From a virus, in IMG/VR virus record IMGVR_UViG_3300035491_000116, positions 2,239 to 66,238 of that record: a stretch of 64,000 nucleotides of DNA; one strand, 5' to 3'. How positions within the stretch are numbered: position 1 is the first letter of the stretch; each line of letters begins with the position of its first letter. Made by a program: the position numbers and the translations under genes. Shown here one piece after another: positions 1-9,252 of the stretch. Below the pieces are notes generated by a model. The model was not told where the DNA came from, made no database searches, and saw only the letters and a list, made by a program, of their open reading frames with translations.

Positions 1-16
1 TGTCGTGTTTTGTCGC

Positions 17-59
17 ATAGTACCCCTAAGTTGTTTTTGCGTAAAGCCGTAATTGCGGC
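17..59 (-). promoter_or_regulatory. sigma70-like promoter (-35 TTTACG, 17 nt, -10 TACTAT) abutting a GCCGTAATTGCGGC operator-like motif
   Basis: Minus strand reads GCCGCAATTACGGC-TTTACG-N17-TACTAT and points out of the left edge of the window. Confidence 0.6.
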
Positions 60-60
60 T

Positions 61-300
61 TTACGCTGAAGAAGGCAGTGTGACGCCCATCTCGTGCTCC
101 AGTTTCCACATGAGCACCATGTCATCCCGCCAACGCAGTAGGCCTTGTTCAGGTACGTCCTTTCCGGACGCTGCCAGCTTCTTCAGCAGCAGTCTGGCGT
201 CCTTCTTCTCAAGGCCCGTGAGGTCGTTGATGTTGCGCCAGGTAACCTGTTCGCCGGTTGCCTCGTTGATAAATCCATCTTCTGTTTTGATTATTTTCAT
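61..300 (-). CDS. hypothetical early protein (79 aa)
   Basis: ORF in the minus-strand gene train; start overlaps the stop of the upstream ORF. Confidence 0.7.
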   Translation of the reverse strand: MKIIKTEDGFINEATGEQVTWRNINDLTGLEKKDARLLLKKLAASGKDVPEQGLLRWRDDMVLMWKLEHEMGVTLPSSA

Positions 301-479
301 GCCATTTCCTCGTACTCGTCGTCTATCTCAACGCCTTCTTCGTTGAGGCGGTTGGCCAGCACCGTGGCCAGCACATACGTTGGTTCTGTGTCGTCGACAA
401 CCTCGTTAAGGTGCTCTTCCAGCACCTTAACGATCGACGCACGGGTCATGACTGCCATTACCTTCTCTGGCGTCACCAT
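297..479 (-). CDS. hypothetical acidic protein (60 aa)
   Basis: GAGG RBS; ATGA overlap with the next gene. Confidence 0.65.
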   Translation of the reverse strand: MVTPEKVMAVMTRASIVKVLEEHLNEVVDDTEPTYVLATVLANRLNEEGVEIDDEYEEMA

Positions 480-552
480 GGGTCGTTACCTCTGGTTTGT
501 GGTATAGCCTGAAGTAGTTGATGCTCTTCGAGGGCCTTGTAGTCGGCGTCGA

Positions 553-1275
553 TCATGTGGCCTTCGGCGGGACGCCTTTCTCCAACATCTTGCGGACCTT
601 CTCGGCCTGCTCGACGGGGACTACTTGGCGCTTCGGCTTTTCCGGTTCAGGGATGAGGGCGGCTGCCTCGGGTACCAGCTCCTGCAGTTGCTTTTTGGTC
701 TTGCAGGCTTCGAGGAGGCTGGCCAGCTCAGCGCGGAACGCCATGGCTTCCTTCACTACGTTGAGGAAGTCATCTTCGACGGACTTGAGTTCGGCTACCA
801 GCGGGTGGCAGTGAGGGAGCTTTTCGACACCTTCCAAGGCTGGCAGGGTTGATGGGGCAGTCAGCCTCAGCCTGTAGGTATCGAAATTGTTCTGAACGTG
901 TGTTTTGAACTCAGAGAAGGGCTCTGAGAAGAGGACCTTGCCCAGGGTATGCTCGAACTCTGTGCGCCCCTCTGAAAGAGTGACGTTGTAACCCTTTCTG
1001 CTGATTCCTGTGATTTCCACGGGATATAGGCTGTCCTCTTCCTGCGCCTTCCGCGGCGTAACCGTATAGACGCCGTTCACCAGCCCGAGCTGGATCAACT
1101 CAGCCCACTGTTTCTGCGGCACCGGGAACACCTTCTTCACGTTCTCGATGTGAGCCGCCCAGAACTCTTTGTTGATGGCTTCCATCCGCTTAACCAGTGT
1201 TTCAGCGTTGTGGGCTACGGCCTTGATCATCAGCTGATCTGCGATGTCAGTGCGGAGCTTCTTGTTCAGGTTCAT
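553..1275 (-). CDS. Nmad5-like (nucleotide modification associated domain 5) protein
   Basis: N-terminal MNLNKKLRTDIADQL and C-terminal TKKQLQELVPEAAALIP match my recollection of the Nmad5 pattern (M-x-L-x-K-x-x-R-x-x-I ... T-x-K-Q-L-x-E-x-x-PE). Confidence 0.6.
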   Translation of the reverse strand: MNLNKKLRTDIADQLMIKAVAHNAETLVKRMEAINKEFWAAHIENVKKVFPVPQKQWAELIQLGLVNGVYTVTPRKAQEEDSLYPVEITGISRKGYNVTLSEGRTEFEHTLGKVLFSEPFSEFKTHVQNNFDTYRLRLTAPSTLPALEGVEKLPHCHPLVAELKSVEDDFLNVVKEAMAFRAELASLLEACKTKKQLQELVPEAAALIPEPEKPKRQVVPVEQAEKVRKMLEKGVPPKAT

Positions 1276-1499
1276 TCGTCGGTTCCTGTGTCATTGCGCA
1301 CCAGCCCGCACCGGCTACGATCTTCCGCGTAGTCGCTGCAGGCTCTGAAAGTCCAGTCTGGTGTCGCTGTTGGAGGTGGTGGGCCAGGCCTGTCAAGCGT
1401 TTCGGCGGTGGCCAGCAGCAGGGCTGCAGAGTAGAGGAGGGTGAGTACGGTGGTGGCTACGATCCCCGCGGCCAGCAGGTCAGGTTCGCGCTCCTTCAT
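1272..1499 (-). CDS. small membrane-anchored or secreted protein (75 aa, start MKEREPD)
   Basis: Hydrophobic N-terminal helix, Pro-rich linker, two Cys; stop overlaps the Nmad5 start. Confidence 0.55.
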   Translation of the reverse strand: MKEREPDLLAAGIVATTVLTLLYSAALLLATAETLDRPGPPPPTATPDWTFRACSDYAEDRSRCGLVRNDTGTDE

Positions 1500-1737
1500 A
1501 GTCGATAAGCCCTTGCTGTTTGAGCCACTCGGCCAGGTGGGTGGAGGTGTAGTCGCTGCCTGTAGGCACCTCTGACTCCGGTACTTGGTGGAGGACGATC
1601 GGGTGGCTTGGCTCTCCGTCCTTCGTGCACAGGAACAGGTCGTACTTGCCTCTGACTGCCTCTTGGTAGCAGAGCAGGCGGTCGCCGTCCCGGTAGTAGG
1701 CGCGGCATAGTCCGTTCTCAACTCGCAGTAGTTTCAT
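1480..1737 (-). CDS. hypothetical protein (85 aa)
   Basis: Coupled ORF; resembles a common phage family (CRxYY...LxCxQ...LxxCTxDGEP). Confidence 0.7.
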   Translation of the reverse strand: MKLLRVENGLCRAYYRDGDRLLCYQEAVRGKYDLFLCTKDGEPSHPIVLHQVPESEVPTGSDYTSTHLAEWLKQQGLIDYEGART

Positions 1738-2279
1738 CGTGGATTGCCCTCAATGTCGTTGGGGTAGGCGTACACCAGACACTCCAGAACGTGCGCTGAA
1801 TCCGTCGGAACATCGACGAGCCGGCCGTTCTGGTCTACCAGCTGCCAGCCTTGCATGACCGCCTTGATGGTAAGCGTGTCACCGTTGTTCATGGCGATCT
1901 GGACGCCGTTCGCCACATGCCCTCGCAGAGAGTGAAAGGCGTCCTGGGTGGTTGTCGTCGGCTCCTCGTCCGGATAGGTGGTCAGGTGCTCCATAACCGG
2001 CCCGTCTTGGTCGATGGCCACCCACTGACAGCAACAGCTGTGTGCGAAGTGGAGCACCTCTTCCAGGTCTGTCGGCCAGTTGTCCGACATATCCTCGACG
2101 CGCTCGGCGACGTGCACTCGCCAGCCGTAGGTGCCGATCGGATCCGTCACAGGCAAGTCGATACCTGTGTCCGGTGTGACACCCATACGCTCTGCGACCT
2201 TGCTGTCCAGCAGATCTCTGGTCTCTTGGGAAATGTGCGCAGTCGATACGACGATCATGCGCTGAATTTCGTATGTCAT
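1734..2279 (-). CDS. hypothetical protein with STAHIS motif (DUF5983-like N-terminus)
   Basis: Likely start MTYEIQRMIVVSTAHISQET, GAGGAAGG RBS, ATGA overlap. Confidence 0.65.
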   Translation of the reverse strand: MTYEIQRMIVVSTAHISQETRDLLDSKVAERMGVTPDTGIDLPVTDPIGTYGWRVHVAERVEDMSDNWPTDLEEVLHFAHSCCCQWVAIDQDGPVMEHLTTYPDEEPTTTTQDAFHSLRGHVANGVQIAMNNGDTLTIKAVMQGWQLVDQNGRLVDVPTDSAHVLECLVYAYPNDIEGNPR

Positions 2280-2692
2280 CCGGCCTTCCTCGCGGTAAGT
2301 GGGCGGTGCTCCCAGCTGATCCGGTGCTTGTCGGCAAGAGAGGCCTGAGCCCACACGCTTCCCGCCACGCCCTCTGGGGCGATGTGCAGCCAGTCGCAGT
2401 GGGTATCCAGCCATTGCACGATCAGGCGCTTGGTCTCTGCGTCGATCTGCCAGGCTGGAACACCACCGTAGAGGTTCACCCCGCCTTCACCCTGCATGAA
2501 GGTGCTGACGTAGTAGCGGGACACGAACTGGCCGTGATCTGTGTGGTCGTAGCGGGCGTCGAAGAACTCGATCAGCGGCTCTTCCTCTGCGTGGATCAAC
2601 TTGTCGTCCAAGCCGTATTTCTGGCCAAACTCAACCAGTCGAATGTTCCACTCGATCTGGTCGTAAAAGGTTGCTGTTTGGTGCATGGTCAC
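2276..2692 (-). CDS. hypothetical protein (138 aa)
   Basis: Coupled ORF with GAGGAG RBS. Confidence 0.7.
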   Translation of the reverse strand: MTMHQTATFYDQIEWNIRLVEFGQKYGLDDKLIHAEEEPLIEFFDARYDHTDHGQFVSRYYVSTFMQGEGGVNLYGGVPAWQIDAETKRLIVQWLDTHCDWLHIAPEGVAGSVWAQASLADKHRISWEHRPLTARKAG

Positions 2693-3036
2693 TCCTCAGT
2701 CAGAATGAAGCCGGCAAACGCGGTCTGCTCGGACCTCACGCCTTTCATGGTGTAGTGGGTATGGACGATGATTCCGGGCATGGCGTAGCCTTCCTCGTCG
2801 TCCAGCGGGGCTTCAAGGGTGAAGCCGTGCCAAACCGCCCAGCCGGTAAGTTCGCGGGCTTTGGTGAAGTCCTTGGCAGTTTTGAACTTGACCGTCATCT
2901 TGTGCAGGATCTGGACACTCTGTACCCCAGTCAGCTCAAGCACCCTCTGCCCAGCGTCCTCACAAACCTCGTCGTGCTCCTCTGTAGAGAGCTTGAGATG
3001 CGGGTAGGGGTAGGCGTTCTGCAGAATCAGTCTCAT
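2689..3036 (-). CDS. hypothetical protein (115 aa)
   Basis: Coupled ORF with AGGAGGAAG RBS. Confidence 0.7.
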   Translation of the reverse strand: MRLILQNAYPYPHLKLSTEEHDEVCEDAGQRVLELTGVQSVQILHKMTVKFKTAKDFTKARELTGWAVWHGFTLEAPLDDEEGYAMPGIIVHTHYTMKGVRSEQTAFAGFILTEE

Positions 3037-4268
3037 GCCGCTTCCTCCTGTTCCTCTGCGAGTCTCACGTCGATCAGCTTGCGGATGGCTTCCGCTTGGG
3101 TAACCAGATACCGACCGTCGCGGTCCAGCGTCTCCAGCAGCATCCGGATCGGGTCGTCCTCTTCAAGCCCCAGCTGCCTGCACAGGTAGGCCACAGACTC
3201 GGTGAATCCGTCCTCTGATACCGCCCGCATCTGGGTACCCGGGCTGAACTCGAAGCAGAACTCAGGACCTGCGAACAGGTGAGTCGCGGCCTTGGCCAGC
3301 TCAACGCAATCGAAGATCTGCTCTCCGATCAGGGGCTCGCCGTCTAGTTCGCACTCCCATGACGGCTGAATCTCGACTGAGCTGCCCATAGGGACGTCGT
3401 GATGGGACAGGGCGCAGGTGAGTCGGCCGAGGCCGATCTGCTGCAGCCATAGCTTGCCGTTGGAGATGGTGAAAGGGGAGTTCACGGAGACCTTGTCGGC
3501 CAGCTCCTCTCCGTCGAAGGCGCACTCTGCGTAAGCGTCTCGACCCCTCCAGTCAGCGTTGCCGATGTCGATTCGCAGGCCGCTGGGCGCCGGCAAGCCT
3601 GCCGCTTCGAGGTGGTTTCCGAGCTGTTCAACCAGCTCGGATAGGTGGGATTTGTAATCGTCCCACTCTTCGCCGGTGCCGACATCCCGGCCGTCAATAG
3701 ACTCAGCGGGCTCGACGATAGGGCGAACTACCGAATCGCAGTGGCCGCAGCGGTGGTACGGGCCGCTTACATGCTCGAACTCGCTACCTTCGTTGTCGTC
3801 GATATGGACTGTCTCAGACGTTCCGCACTTGGGGCATTCCCAGCTGTTGAACAGCTCCAGTTCTGCCTTCCACTGCTCGTAGGTGTCATAGGAGAAGTAG
3901 CCAGCCACCTGGGACTTGACCACCCCGTCCTCGGTGTAGAGGTGGGCACGGTCTACCACGTCAGTAGCGATGCGCTTGAGCCGCTCCTGAAACTGGGCAG
4001 GTTCACAGTTCAACACCCTTGTCGCGTAGTGGAACAGCTGCGACCCGTCAGCCTTGGGGTGGCGGTGCAGGTAGTTCCTTAGCGGGTACTTCAGCTTTTT
4101 CTCGTTGTAGTTCACCAACAGCTGGCGGAGCAGGTGGGGCTGCTCGACGAGGTGCAGGCGGCTGAACTGTTCCGGGGTGGCCCCATGGAACATCAGGAGG
4201 GTTGGCAGATAGGCTGAGGCGTAGTCGCCCATGGCCGATTTTACGATGCCTTGGTAGAGTTTTTTCAT
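3033..4268 (-). CDS. hypothetical protein with zinc-ribbon (CPKC ... CGHC), ~411 aa
   Basis: Probable start MKKLYQGIVK; two CxxC pairs; acidic C-terminal half. Confidence 0.7.
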   Translation of the reverse strand: MKKLYQGIVKSAMGDYASAYLPTLLMFHGATPEQFSRLHLVEQPHLLRQLLVNYNEKKLKYPLRNYLHRHPKADGSQLFHYATRVLNCEPAQFQERLKRIATDVVDRAHLYTEDGVVKSQVAGYFSYDTYEQWKAELELFNSWECPKCGTSETVHIDDNEGSEFEHVSGPYHRCGHCDSVVRPIVEPAESIDGRDVGTGEEWDDYKSHLSELVEQLGNHLEAAGLPAPSGLRIDIGNADWRGRDAYAECAFDGEELADKVSVNSPFTISNGKLWLQQIGLGRLTCALSHHDVPMGSSVEIQPSWECELDGEPLIGEQIFDCVELAKAATHLFAGPEFCFEFSPGTQMRAVSEDGFTESVAYLCRQLGLEEDDPIRMLLETLDRDGRYLVTQAEAIRKLIDVRLAEEQEEAA

Positions 4269-4528
4269 GGCTTTGGTCTCTCGATAACGACAGGGTGCCC
4301 AGCGTCGTCCTGCACTTCGTAGCGGCCTTGGTACTGCAGGGCGTCTACCACCTTCTGGCGGTGGGAATCGTCCAGCCCTGCCGCATCCAGAAACGCCTGG
4401 ACGCTGCACCAGTCGGAGCTGACTTCGCAGTTCAGCTCCCTGTGGAAGTAGGTGAGGCGGTAGGTGCCTCGGTGGCGTATGAAAATCGCGGCGACCTCGG
4501 AGCGGGGGTCGAGTTTGGTGGCTCTCAC
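4265..4528 (-). CDS. hypothetical protein (87 aa)
   Basis: GTG start overlapping the upstream stop. Confidence 0.65.
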   Translation of the reverse strand: MRATKLDPRSEVAAIFIRHRGTYRLTYFHRELNCEVSSDWCSVQAFLDAAGLDDSHRQKVVDALQYQGRYEVQDDAGHPVVIERPKP

Positions 4529-4890
4529 TCCATGTCCTCCGCGGCGTCGGACGGGATGATGTCCACATCCACGTTGTTGTTCTCCCCTGGCAGGGCGAAG
4601 ACAAAGCTCTTGCGCTTAGGCAGCTCACCGGTTTGCCGGTTGTGGAGGCGCATGTCCTCAAGGGCCTTCCGCACTTGGGTGTGCAGTGGTCCGCCGGGGT
4701 CGTTGTGGAAAATGTCCCCGTCTTCCCCAATCTCAAGGATTACGAGCCTGGACTCCACCTCGTGCATCTCTGCGTCGAACAGGCAGTAGTCCTCGAAGGC
4801 GTCTGGGCTAATCTCGTAGATCTCCCAAGTTGACTGCGCTTCACTGGGGCCAATCTCTACGCGGGCCTGCAGTCTGACTGAATGGCTCAT
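4525..4890 (-). CDS. hypothetical protein (start MSHSVRL)
   Basis: GAGGAG RBS; ATGA overlap. Confidence 0.65.
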   Translation of the reverse strand: MSHSVRLQARVEIGPSEAQSTWEIYEISPDAFEDYCLFDAEMHEVESRLVILEIGEDGDIFHNDPGGPLHTQVRKALEDMRLHNRQTGELPKRKSFVFALPGENNNVDVDIIPSDAAEDME

Positions 4891-5345
4891 GCTGTCTTCT
4901 CCTCTGCTTTGCGCAGGTGCCATGCCGGGGGAACCGAGCTGTAAATGACGTCATCCTCGAGGGCGTAATAAAGCTGCTCCTCGATGTAGCCCTTGATGTC
5001 GTTCTTGTCGTTCTTCCCTCCGGCCTTGACGACGATGCCGGTGAACGTAGGGGTGACCCTGACCATGTGGTGAGACCAGTGGGTGTAGCCGCCGTGGTCG
5101 TCCATGTGGTGGAAGGAGGTCTGGAAGGTCAGCAGGTTGTGTGGCGTCTCCGTCTCAGCCATCTGGGTACCTGCATCAAACCCGCTGCCAGACGGCAGGT
5201 GGGTCTTCACCAGTCGATCAATCTCCTCCTCTACGTGGTGGAGTTGCTCACGGGTTCGATCATCGAACTGGGGCTTGTCTCGAAGGGTGTTGCGAATCTG
5301 GCACAGGGACGCCAGAGCGACGTAGAGCTTTGCTTGTTGCGCCAT
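4887..5345 (-). CDS. conserved phage hypothetical protein (LPSGSGFDAG motif)
   Basis: AAGGAG RBS; motif LPSGSGxDxG ... FHHMDDHGGY. Confidence 0.75.
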   Translation of the reverse strand: MAQQAKLYVALASLCQIRNTLRDKPQFDDRTREQLHHVEEEIDRLVKTHLPSGSGFDAGTQMAETETPHNLLTFQTSFHHMDDHGGYTHWSHHMVRVTPTFTGIVVKAGGKNDKNDIKGYIEEQLYYALEDDVIYSSVPPAWHLRKAEEKTA

Positions 5346-5357
5346 GGGGTTGGCTCC

Positions 5358-5711
5358 TTACGGGGTTGTGGGTTGCCGTGTTTGCGTCTCTGCGGGAGGC
5401 ACGTAACGGGTGCCATGCAACATCTGTCTCGCTAACCACGCCGGTTCGATCGGGTAGTCGTTGAGCAGCTCCCGGCGCTGGCGGAAGCAGTCGACGAACC
5501 CTTGGGCCTGAGACCCTTCCTCGTTCTTGAGGATGTCCTCGATGAGCGCCGCCGCCTGCTCCTTCCAGAAGTTGCGGATGCCTACGCAATGGCCGTTGAC
5601 GACGTACTCGATAGTCGCCGTGGAAGGGGAGCGAAGGTCGAAACGCATCTCGATGTATTCGCCCGGGCCAAGTTCTACTGCATGGGTTCCACACTGCCTG
5701 GGGTAGGTCAT
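5358..5711 (-). CDS. hypothetical protein (117 aa)
   Basis: Coupled ORF. Confidence 0.65.
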   Translation of the reverse strand: MTYPRQCGTHAVELGPGEYIEMRFDLRSPSTATIEYVVNGHCVGIRNFWKEQAAALIEDILKNEEGSQAQGFVDCFRQRRELLNDYPIEPAWLARQMLHGTRYVPPAETQTRQPTTP

Positions 5712-6286
5712 GATGACGAATCCTCGTAGCTCAGTAGGCGGGCCTTCAGCTCCTCTGCGTCTTCCGGCAGGCGGTAGTCAATGGCATGGGAGTAGTTATC
5801 CGGGAGCGTCTCGGCCTTCCTGGCCTTGGTCCCCTCGATGACAGCGCGGACGTCCTCGATGGATCCAGACACCCAGATCACGCGGTCATCTGTCTCATCG
5901 GTACCGCCGTCAAACCCGTACCCGAGGATCTCGTACAGGCCGGTTGGCTCGTCGTCTTCATTCCCCACGTCGCGGATCTCGAACCCTTCAGCGGTAAGCA
6001 GGTCGCAGAGGTCGCTGGTCGTGGTTGAGTCCCACTCGACCCCGTCTACCAGCCGATGGATGTCCTCCAACAGGGTGGCGGCTCGCTCTACCGTGTCAGC
6101 GGGCGCTCCAGCCCCGGTGTCATGCCGGCGGAGGAGCTCTGCGAGCGACATGCTCTCGTAGGTGTCTTCCGAGTGATGCGGCTCGATCTCCTTGTTGCAG
6201 GCTGGGCACTTGTCGTTGCAGGCACAGTCCCATTCGTCGATCCACTGCTCACCGCAGGGGCATTCGTAGTGGTTGATATACCTCAT
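5708..6286 (-). CDS. hypothetical protein with N-terminal Cys cluster (CPC...WxxxWDCACNDKCPAC)
   Basis: Coupled ORF; Cys-rich putative metal-binding N-terminus. Confidence 0.7.
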   Translation of the reverse strand: MRYINHYECPCGEQWIDEWDCACNDKCPACNKEIEPHHSEDTYESMSLAELLRRHDTGAGAPADTVERAATLLEDIHRLVDGVEWDSTTTSDLCDLLTAEGFEIRDVGNEDDEPTGLYEILGYGFDGGTDETDDRVIWVSGSIEDVRAVIEGTKARKAETLPDNYSHAIDYRLPEDAEELKARLLSYEDSSS

Positions 6287-6579
6287 ACCGTAGGTCTCCA
6301 GTCGGTGAACACAAACTCAATCGCGGACCAGACAAAGTAGTAAGCCCACTTGCCTTCGATCTTGCCGCGGTGGAACGTCACGAGAGGGTCCGATTCAATC
6401 GGGCTGCCCTTTCGGTACCCAAGCTCCTCTTGGAGCAGCCTGACTTCCTCCACCTTGACGTTCGCAAAGAACGATCTGGAGGTGACCTCGATGGAGCCCT
6501 CAATCAGGTCATTCAAGTGCGCTACGTTACCCGGCCAGTTCTCTCGGTTGCTGAAGAAGGGGAGACTGCGCTTAGCCAT
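6283..6579 (-). CDS. hypothetical protein (98 aa)
   Basis: Coupled ORF with GGAGGG RBS. Confidence 0.7.
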   Translation of the reverse strand: MAKRSLPFFSNRENWPGNVAHLNDLIEGSIEVTSRSFFANVKVEEVRLLQEELGYRKGSPIESDPLVTFHRGKIEGKWAYYFVWSAIEFVFTDWRPTV

Positions 6580-7069
6580 CTTTGCGGCCCTCCAGCCAGT
6601 CCATCACCTTCTTGACTCGCTTAGCGTGGCTCATGTAGGTCTCGCCTCGGCCTCGCGGCGCCATGAAGCTGTAGTGACATTTGCCCAGGCGGACATAGAA
6701 GGTGGTCACGTCGCCGCTGTAGAACTCGCTCATGTAGAACGACTGATTTCCGTTTCCGTGTTGCCAGTCGCAGGGCGGCAGTACCTCCAGCGCGTATTCG
6801 TACTGCTCCTCGGTGATCTCCACCGGGTCAGTGGTCATGGCCTTCTCTGACTCGGCAATGAACTCGTCAGCGTCCCTCAGCACAGCGCCCGTCCGCTCCT
6901 TCATCTCGTCGACGGTGTCGCCGCTGTACATGCCGAACAGCTCGCCGGTTTCGAGGTGCTCCTTCACCCCATCCTGTGCGTTGGTTTTGCCGGGCACCAC
7001 GAACAGGAGATCCCAGCGAGCCTTGAATTTGGGCACGTCGGTGCCCGCCACTTGAGTAGCGTCAGTCAT
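6572..7069 (-). CDS. DUF1419-like domain protein
   Basis: EITEEQYEYALEVLPP...FYMSEFYSGDVTTFY resembles the DUF1419 motif; start MTDATQV with AAGGAC RBS. Confidence 0.55.
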   Translation of the reverse strand: MTDATQVAGTDVPKFKARWDLLFVVPGKTNAQDGVKEHLETGELFGMYSGDTVDEMKERTGAVLRDADEFIAESEKAMTTDPVEITEEQYEYALEVLPPCDWQHGNGNQSFYMSEFYSGDVTTFYVRLGKCHYSFMAPRGRGETYMSHAKRVKKVMDWLEGRKDG

Positions 7070-7085
7070 TTGGTTTGTCCTTGGG

Positions 7086-7523
7086 TTAGATGGTATGAAC
7101 GAGCTTGTCGTCGCCGAGGTATACCTCGAACGGGCCTGCCTCGCCGCAGGCATTGGTAAGGGCGTCACGGACGTCCTCCGGCACCTCTGAGCGGTCCCAG
7201 AAGCCAGCCCCGTGCCCGTTGCGGGTCAGGGCGAAGTCGTGACCTGCGTAGTCCCAGACGGTGCCTTGGGATGGGTCGAACTCCTTGTGCTCGACGTAGC
7301 GCAGGAGGTTCGGCAGGTTCGCATCGAAGAACGCCTTGCACTCTGCGGCGCAGTCCATAGCTGCCTTCTCGGAGATCTCGTACTCGTCAAGGTGCACGTC
7401 CTCGCCGGTCACCGGGTCGGTGTCCATGGAGGACCAGAGCAGGGCGGTGATGTAGCCGCGGGTGAAGTATTGGAGGGCGGCGCTGGTACGGGTGTCTTGC
7501 TCGTCGGCTGGTGTTTTAAGCAT
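7086..7523 (-). CDS. conserved phage protein with GHDFxLTRNGHGAGFWDR motif
   Basis: YITALLWSS and AGHDFALTRNGHGAGFWDR motifs; GAGGA RBS. Confidence 0.75.
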   Translation of the reverse strand: MLKTPADEQDTRTSAALQYFTRGYITALLWSSMDTDPVTGEDVHLDEYEISEKAAMDCAAECKAFFDANLPNLLRYVEHKEFDPSQGTVWDYAGHDFALTRNGHGAGFWDRSEVPEDVRDALTNACGEAGPFEVYLGDDKLVHTI

Positions 7524-7722
7524 GGCTGACGTCCTCTGCCAGTCGAAATGTCTGCTCCGGGAACTGCTCCCGGAACCACGCGAGGTCCTCTGCCCCGTAC
7601 TCTGCACGGGTAGGGAGGGCTTTGCTCTTCTCCTCGCAGGTCTGTACTTCCTTCTGCGGCATCCGGCGGCAGAACACCCAGGCCCAGGCTCCGTCATTAC
7701 GCTGTACTTGTAGCTTCTTCAC
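7516..7722 (-). CDS. hypothetical protein (68 aa, GTG start)
   Basis: AAGGAG RBS upstream of GTG; fills the gap between neighbours. Confidence 0.55.
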   Translation of the reverse strand: MKKLQVQRNDGAWAWVFCRRMPQKEVQTCEEKSKALPTRAEYGAEDLAWFREQFPEQTFRLAEDVSHA

Positions 7723-8011
7723 TTTGCTTCTCCTTGATGAACAGGGTGAAACCGTACCTGGAGCCTGCCAGACCAGACCGGCACAGCTCGCACTCTTGGT
7801 TGCTGAACTCCTCGTACCCATCACCATCGGGGTCGTCCTCGGTAGGCTCCACACCGCACGACAGGTGGCCTTCCCGGCCGTTCAGCTCTCGGGCAAGGTC
7901 ACCGTGGCGATCAGCGCTGAAATCGTCACCAGCGCCCTCTGGGGCGTCGTCGTTCACCCAGTAGTGCAGGCAGTCTTCGCAGACGCTGTATTCATAGGTT
8001 TCGTAGTTCAT
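7697..8011 (-). CDS. acidic zinc-finger-like protein (CEDC ... CELC)
   Basis: Two CxxC pairs; coupled start. Confidence 0.65.
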   Translation of the reverse strand: MNYETYEYSVCEDCLHYWVNDDAPEGAGDDFSADRHGDLARELNGREGHLSCGVEPTEDDPDGDGYEEFSNQECELCRSGLAGSRYGFTLFIKEKQSEEATSTA

Positions 8012-8523
8012 CAGCTCAACTCCTTCATGGCCTGCCGGCCAGCGATCAAGGCGTCATTGATCAGCCCCACGTCAGCAACGATGTGCTTGGCGCCCGGCAG
8101 CAGGTTCTCGATTGCCTGGATGCAGAGGTTGAGCGCAGCTCCTACGTTCACCGGTGCGGGCTGGGGCTCATTGAATGACAGGTCGTCGGGGTAGGCGGCG
8201 ACCACTGATTCCACCCACTTGGTGGCGTCCACGCTTTCAGGGCCTTCTTCCCTCACCTGCTCGATCAGTTGCAGCATCGGCTCGCTGCTCAGGTCGTCCA
8301 GCACCTCGTAGGCAAAGATCATCGAGTTGTCGGAGAAGTCGATCAGAGCGGTGATCTCCTGAGAAATGGAGATGGCCAGCTCGCCTACCCCACACATGAA
8401 GGCGTCCTCTGCCTCCCACCACTCGGCGTCTTGGTAGGCGTCTGAGTTTTCAACGTAGTTACGGTGCAGGCGGGAGGCGATGTACGCCATATCCGCCGGG
8501 TCAAACGGTTTCATGACTTGCAT
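8011..8523 (-). CDS. acidic hypothetical protein
   Basis: Start MQVMKPF after the AAGGACAAACCA leader. Confidence 0.7.
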   Translation of the reverse strand: MQVMKPFDPADMAYIASRLHRNYVENSDAYQDAEWWEAEDAFMCGVGELAISISQEITALIDFSDNSMIFAYEVLDDLSSEPMLQLIEQVREEGPESVDATKWVESVVAAYPDDLSFNEPQPAPVNVGAALNLCIQAIENLLPGAKHIVADVGLINDALIAGRQAMKELS

Positions 8524-8708
8524 TGGTTTGTCCTTTGGTTGATTGATCTCATCAGTTCCACCGACTGCCGGCTTCGCTCCTTCACAAAACACTCTGGGTG
8601 GTTGGGGAACAGGCGGGTGTAGTCGGATGGCTTGCCTCCGGTTTTCGCTGCCCGTTCAGCCGCACTGGGCACGAGCACTACTGGCTTTCCGCAGTATTTG
8701 CAGGGCAT
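8511..8708 (-). CDS. small conserved phage protein (CxxCGKP...PSAAERAAK)
   Basis: Same AAGGACAAACCA leader; CxxC plus H-x-x-C motifs. Confidence 0.7.
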   Translation of the reverse strand: MPCKYCGKPVVLVPSAAERAAKTGGKPSDYTRLFPNHPECFVKERSRQSVELMRSINQRTNQCKS

Positions 8709-8805
8709 TGGTTTGTCCTTCAGATTTGAAGAGGGTGGCGCCGGCCGAGTGAGAGAAGGTTCCGCCTTTCATCCCGAGCGGGGCCGGCACCATAAACAGG
8801 GGCCG

Positions 8806-9252
8806 TTACAGTTCGTGGATCTCGTCGAGGGTGAGCCCGCTATCGTCCCACATGGCGGGGTAGACGGTGCCTCGGTACATTCCGACCACTATGAGGTCGT
8901 CCACGCCACACTCCCATTCCTCGGCGCACTCTTCCAGAGCCAGTTTTGCTGCCTCCTTGCTGGAGTCTGTGGCAACTGCGGTGTGGTAGGTACTCGTGCT
9001 GGACCGGTCCTGCAGGGCGCAGATCACCGTGTACGCCCTGTCCTGGGCGTGGCTGAGGTCTTGGGTGATGGTCACCTTGGCTTCGTACCCCTGGGTCGCG
9101 GAGTCTCGGGTGATCAGGACTTTGTGGCTGACGTCTTCCGCACCCAGGTCGAGATTGGCCGAGCTTGCCACGCTCTCCGCAAGCAGCTTGACGATCTGGG
9201 GTTGGTTTAACGTGTGAAATATCACCCTCTCGTGGATGATCCTCTCTTTCAC
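8806..9252 (-). CDS. hypothetical protein
   Basis: GTG start with GGAGGAG RBS overlapping the upstream stop. Confidence 0.65.
   Translation of the reverse strand: MKERIIHERVIFHTLNQPQIVKLLAESVASSANLDLGAEDVSHKVLITRDSATQGYEAKVTITQDLSHAQDRAYTVICALQDRSSTSTYHTAVATDSSKEAAKLALEECAEEWECGVDDLIVVGMYRGTVYPAMWDDSGLTLDEIHEL

Noticed and set aside
4269-4736. N-terminal extension of the 567-aa ORF in the track
   Set aside because: It overlaps two better-supported genes in other frames; the real start is probably MKKLYQ at 4268. Other over-extended starts were trimmed likewise.
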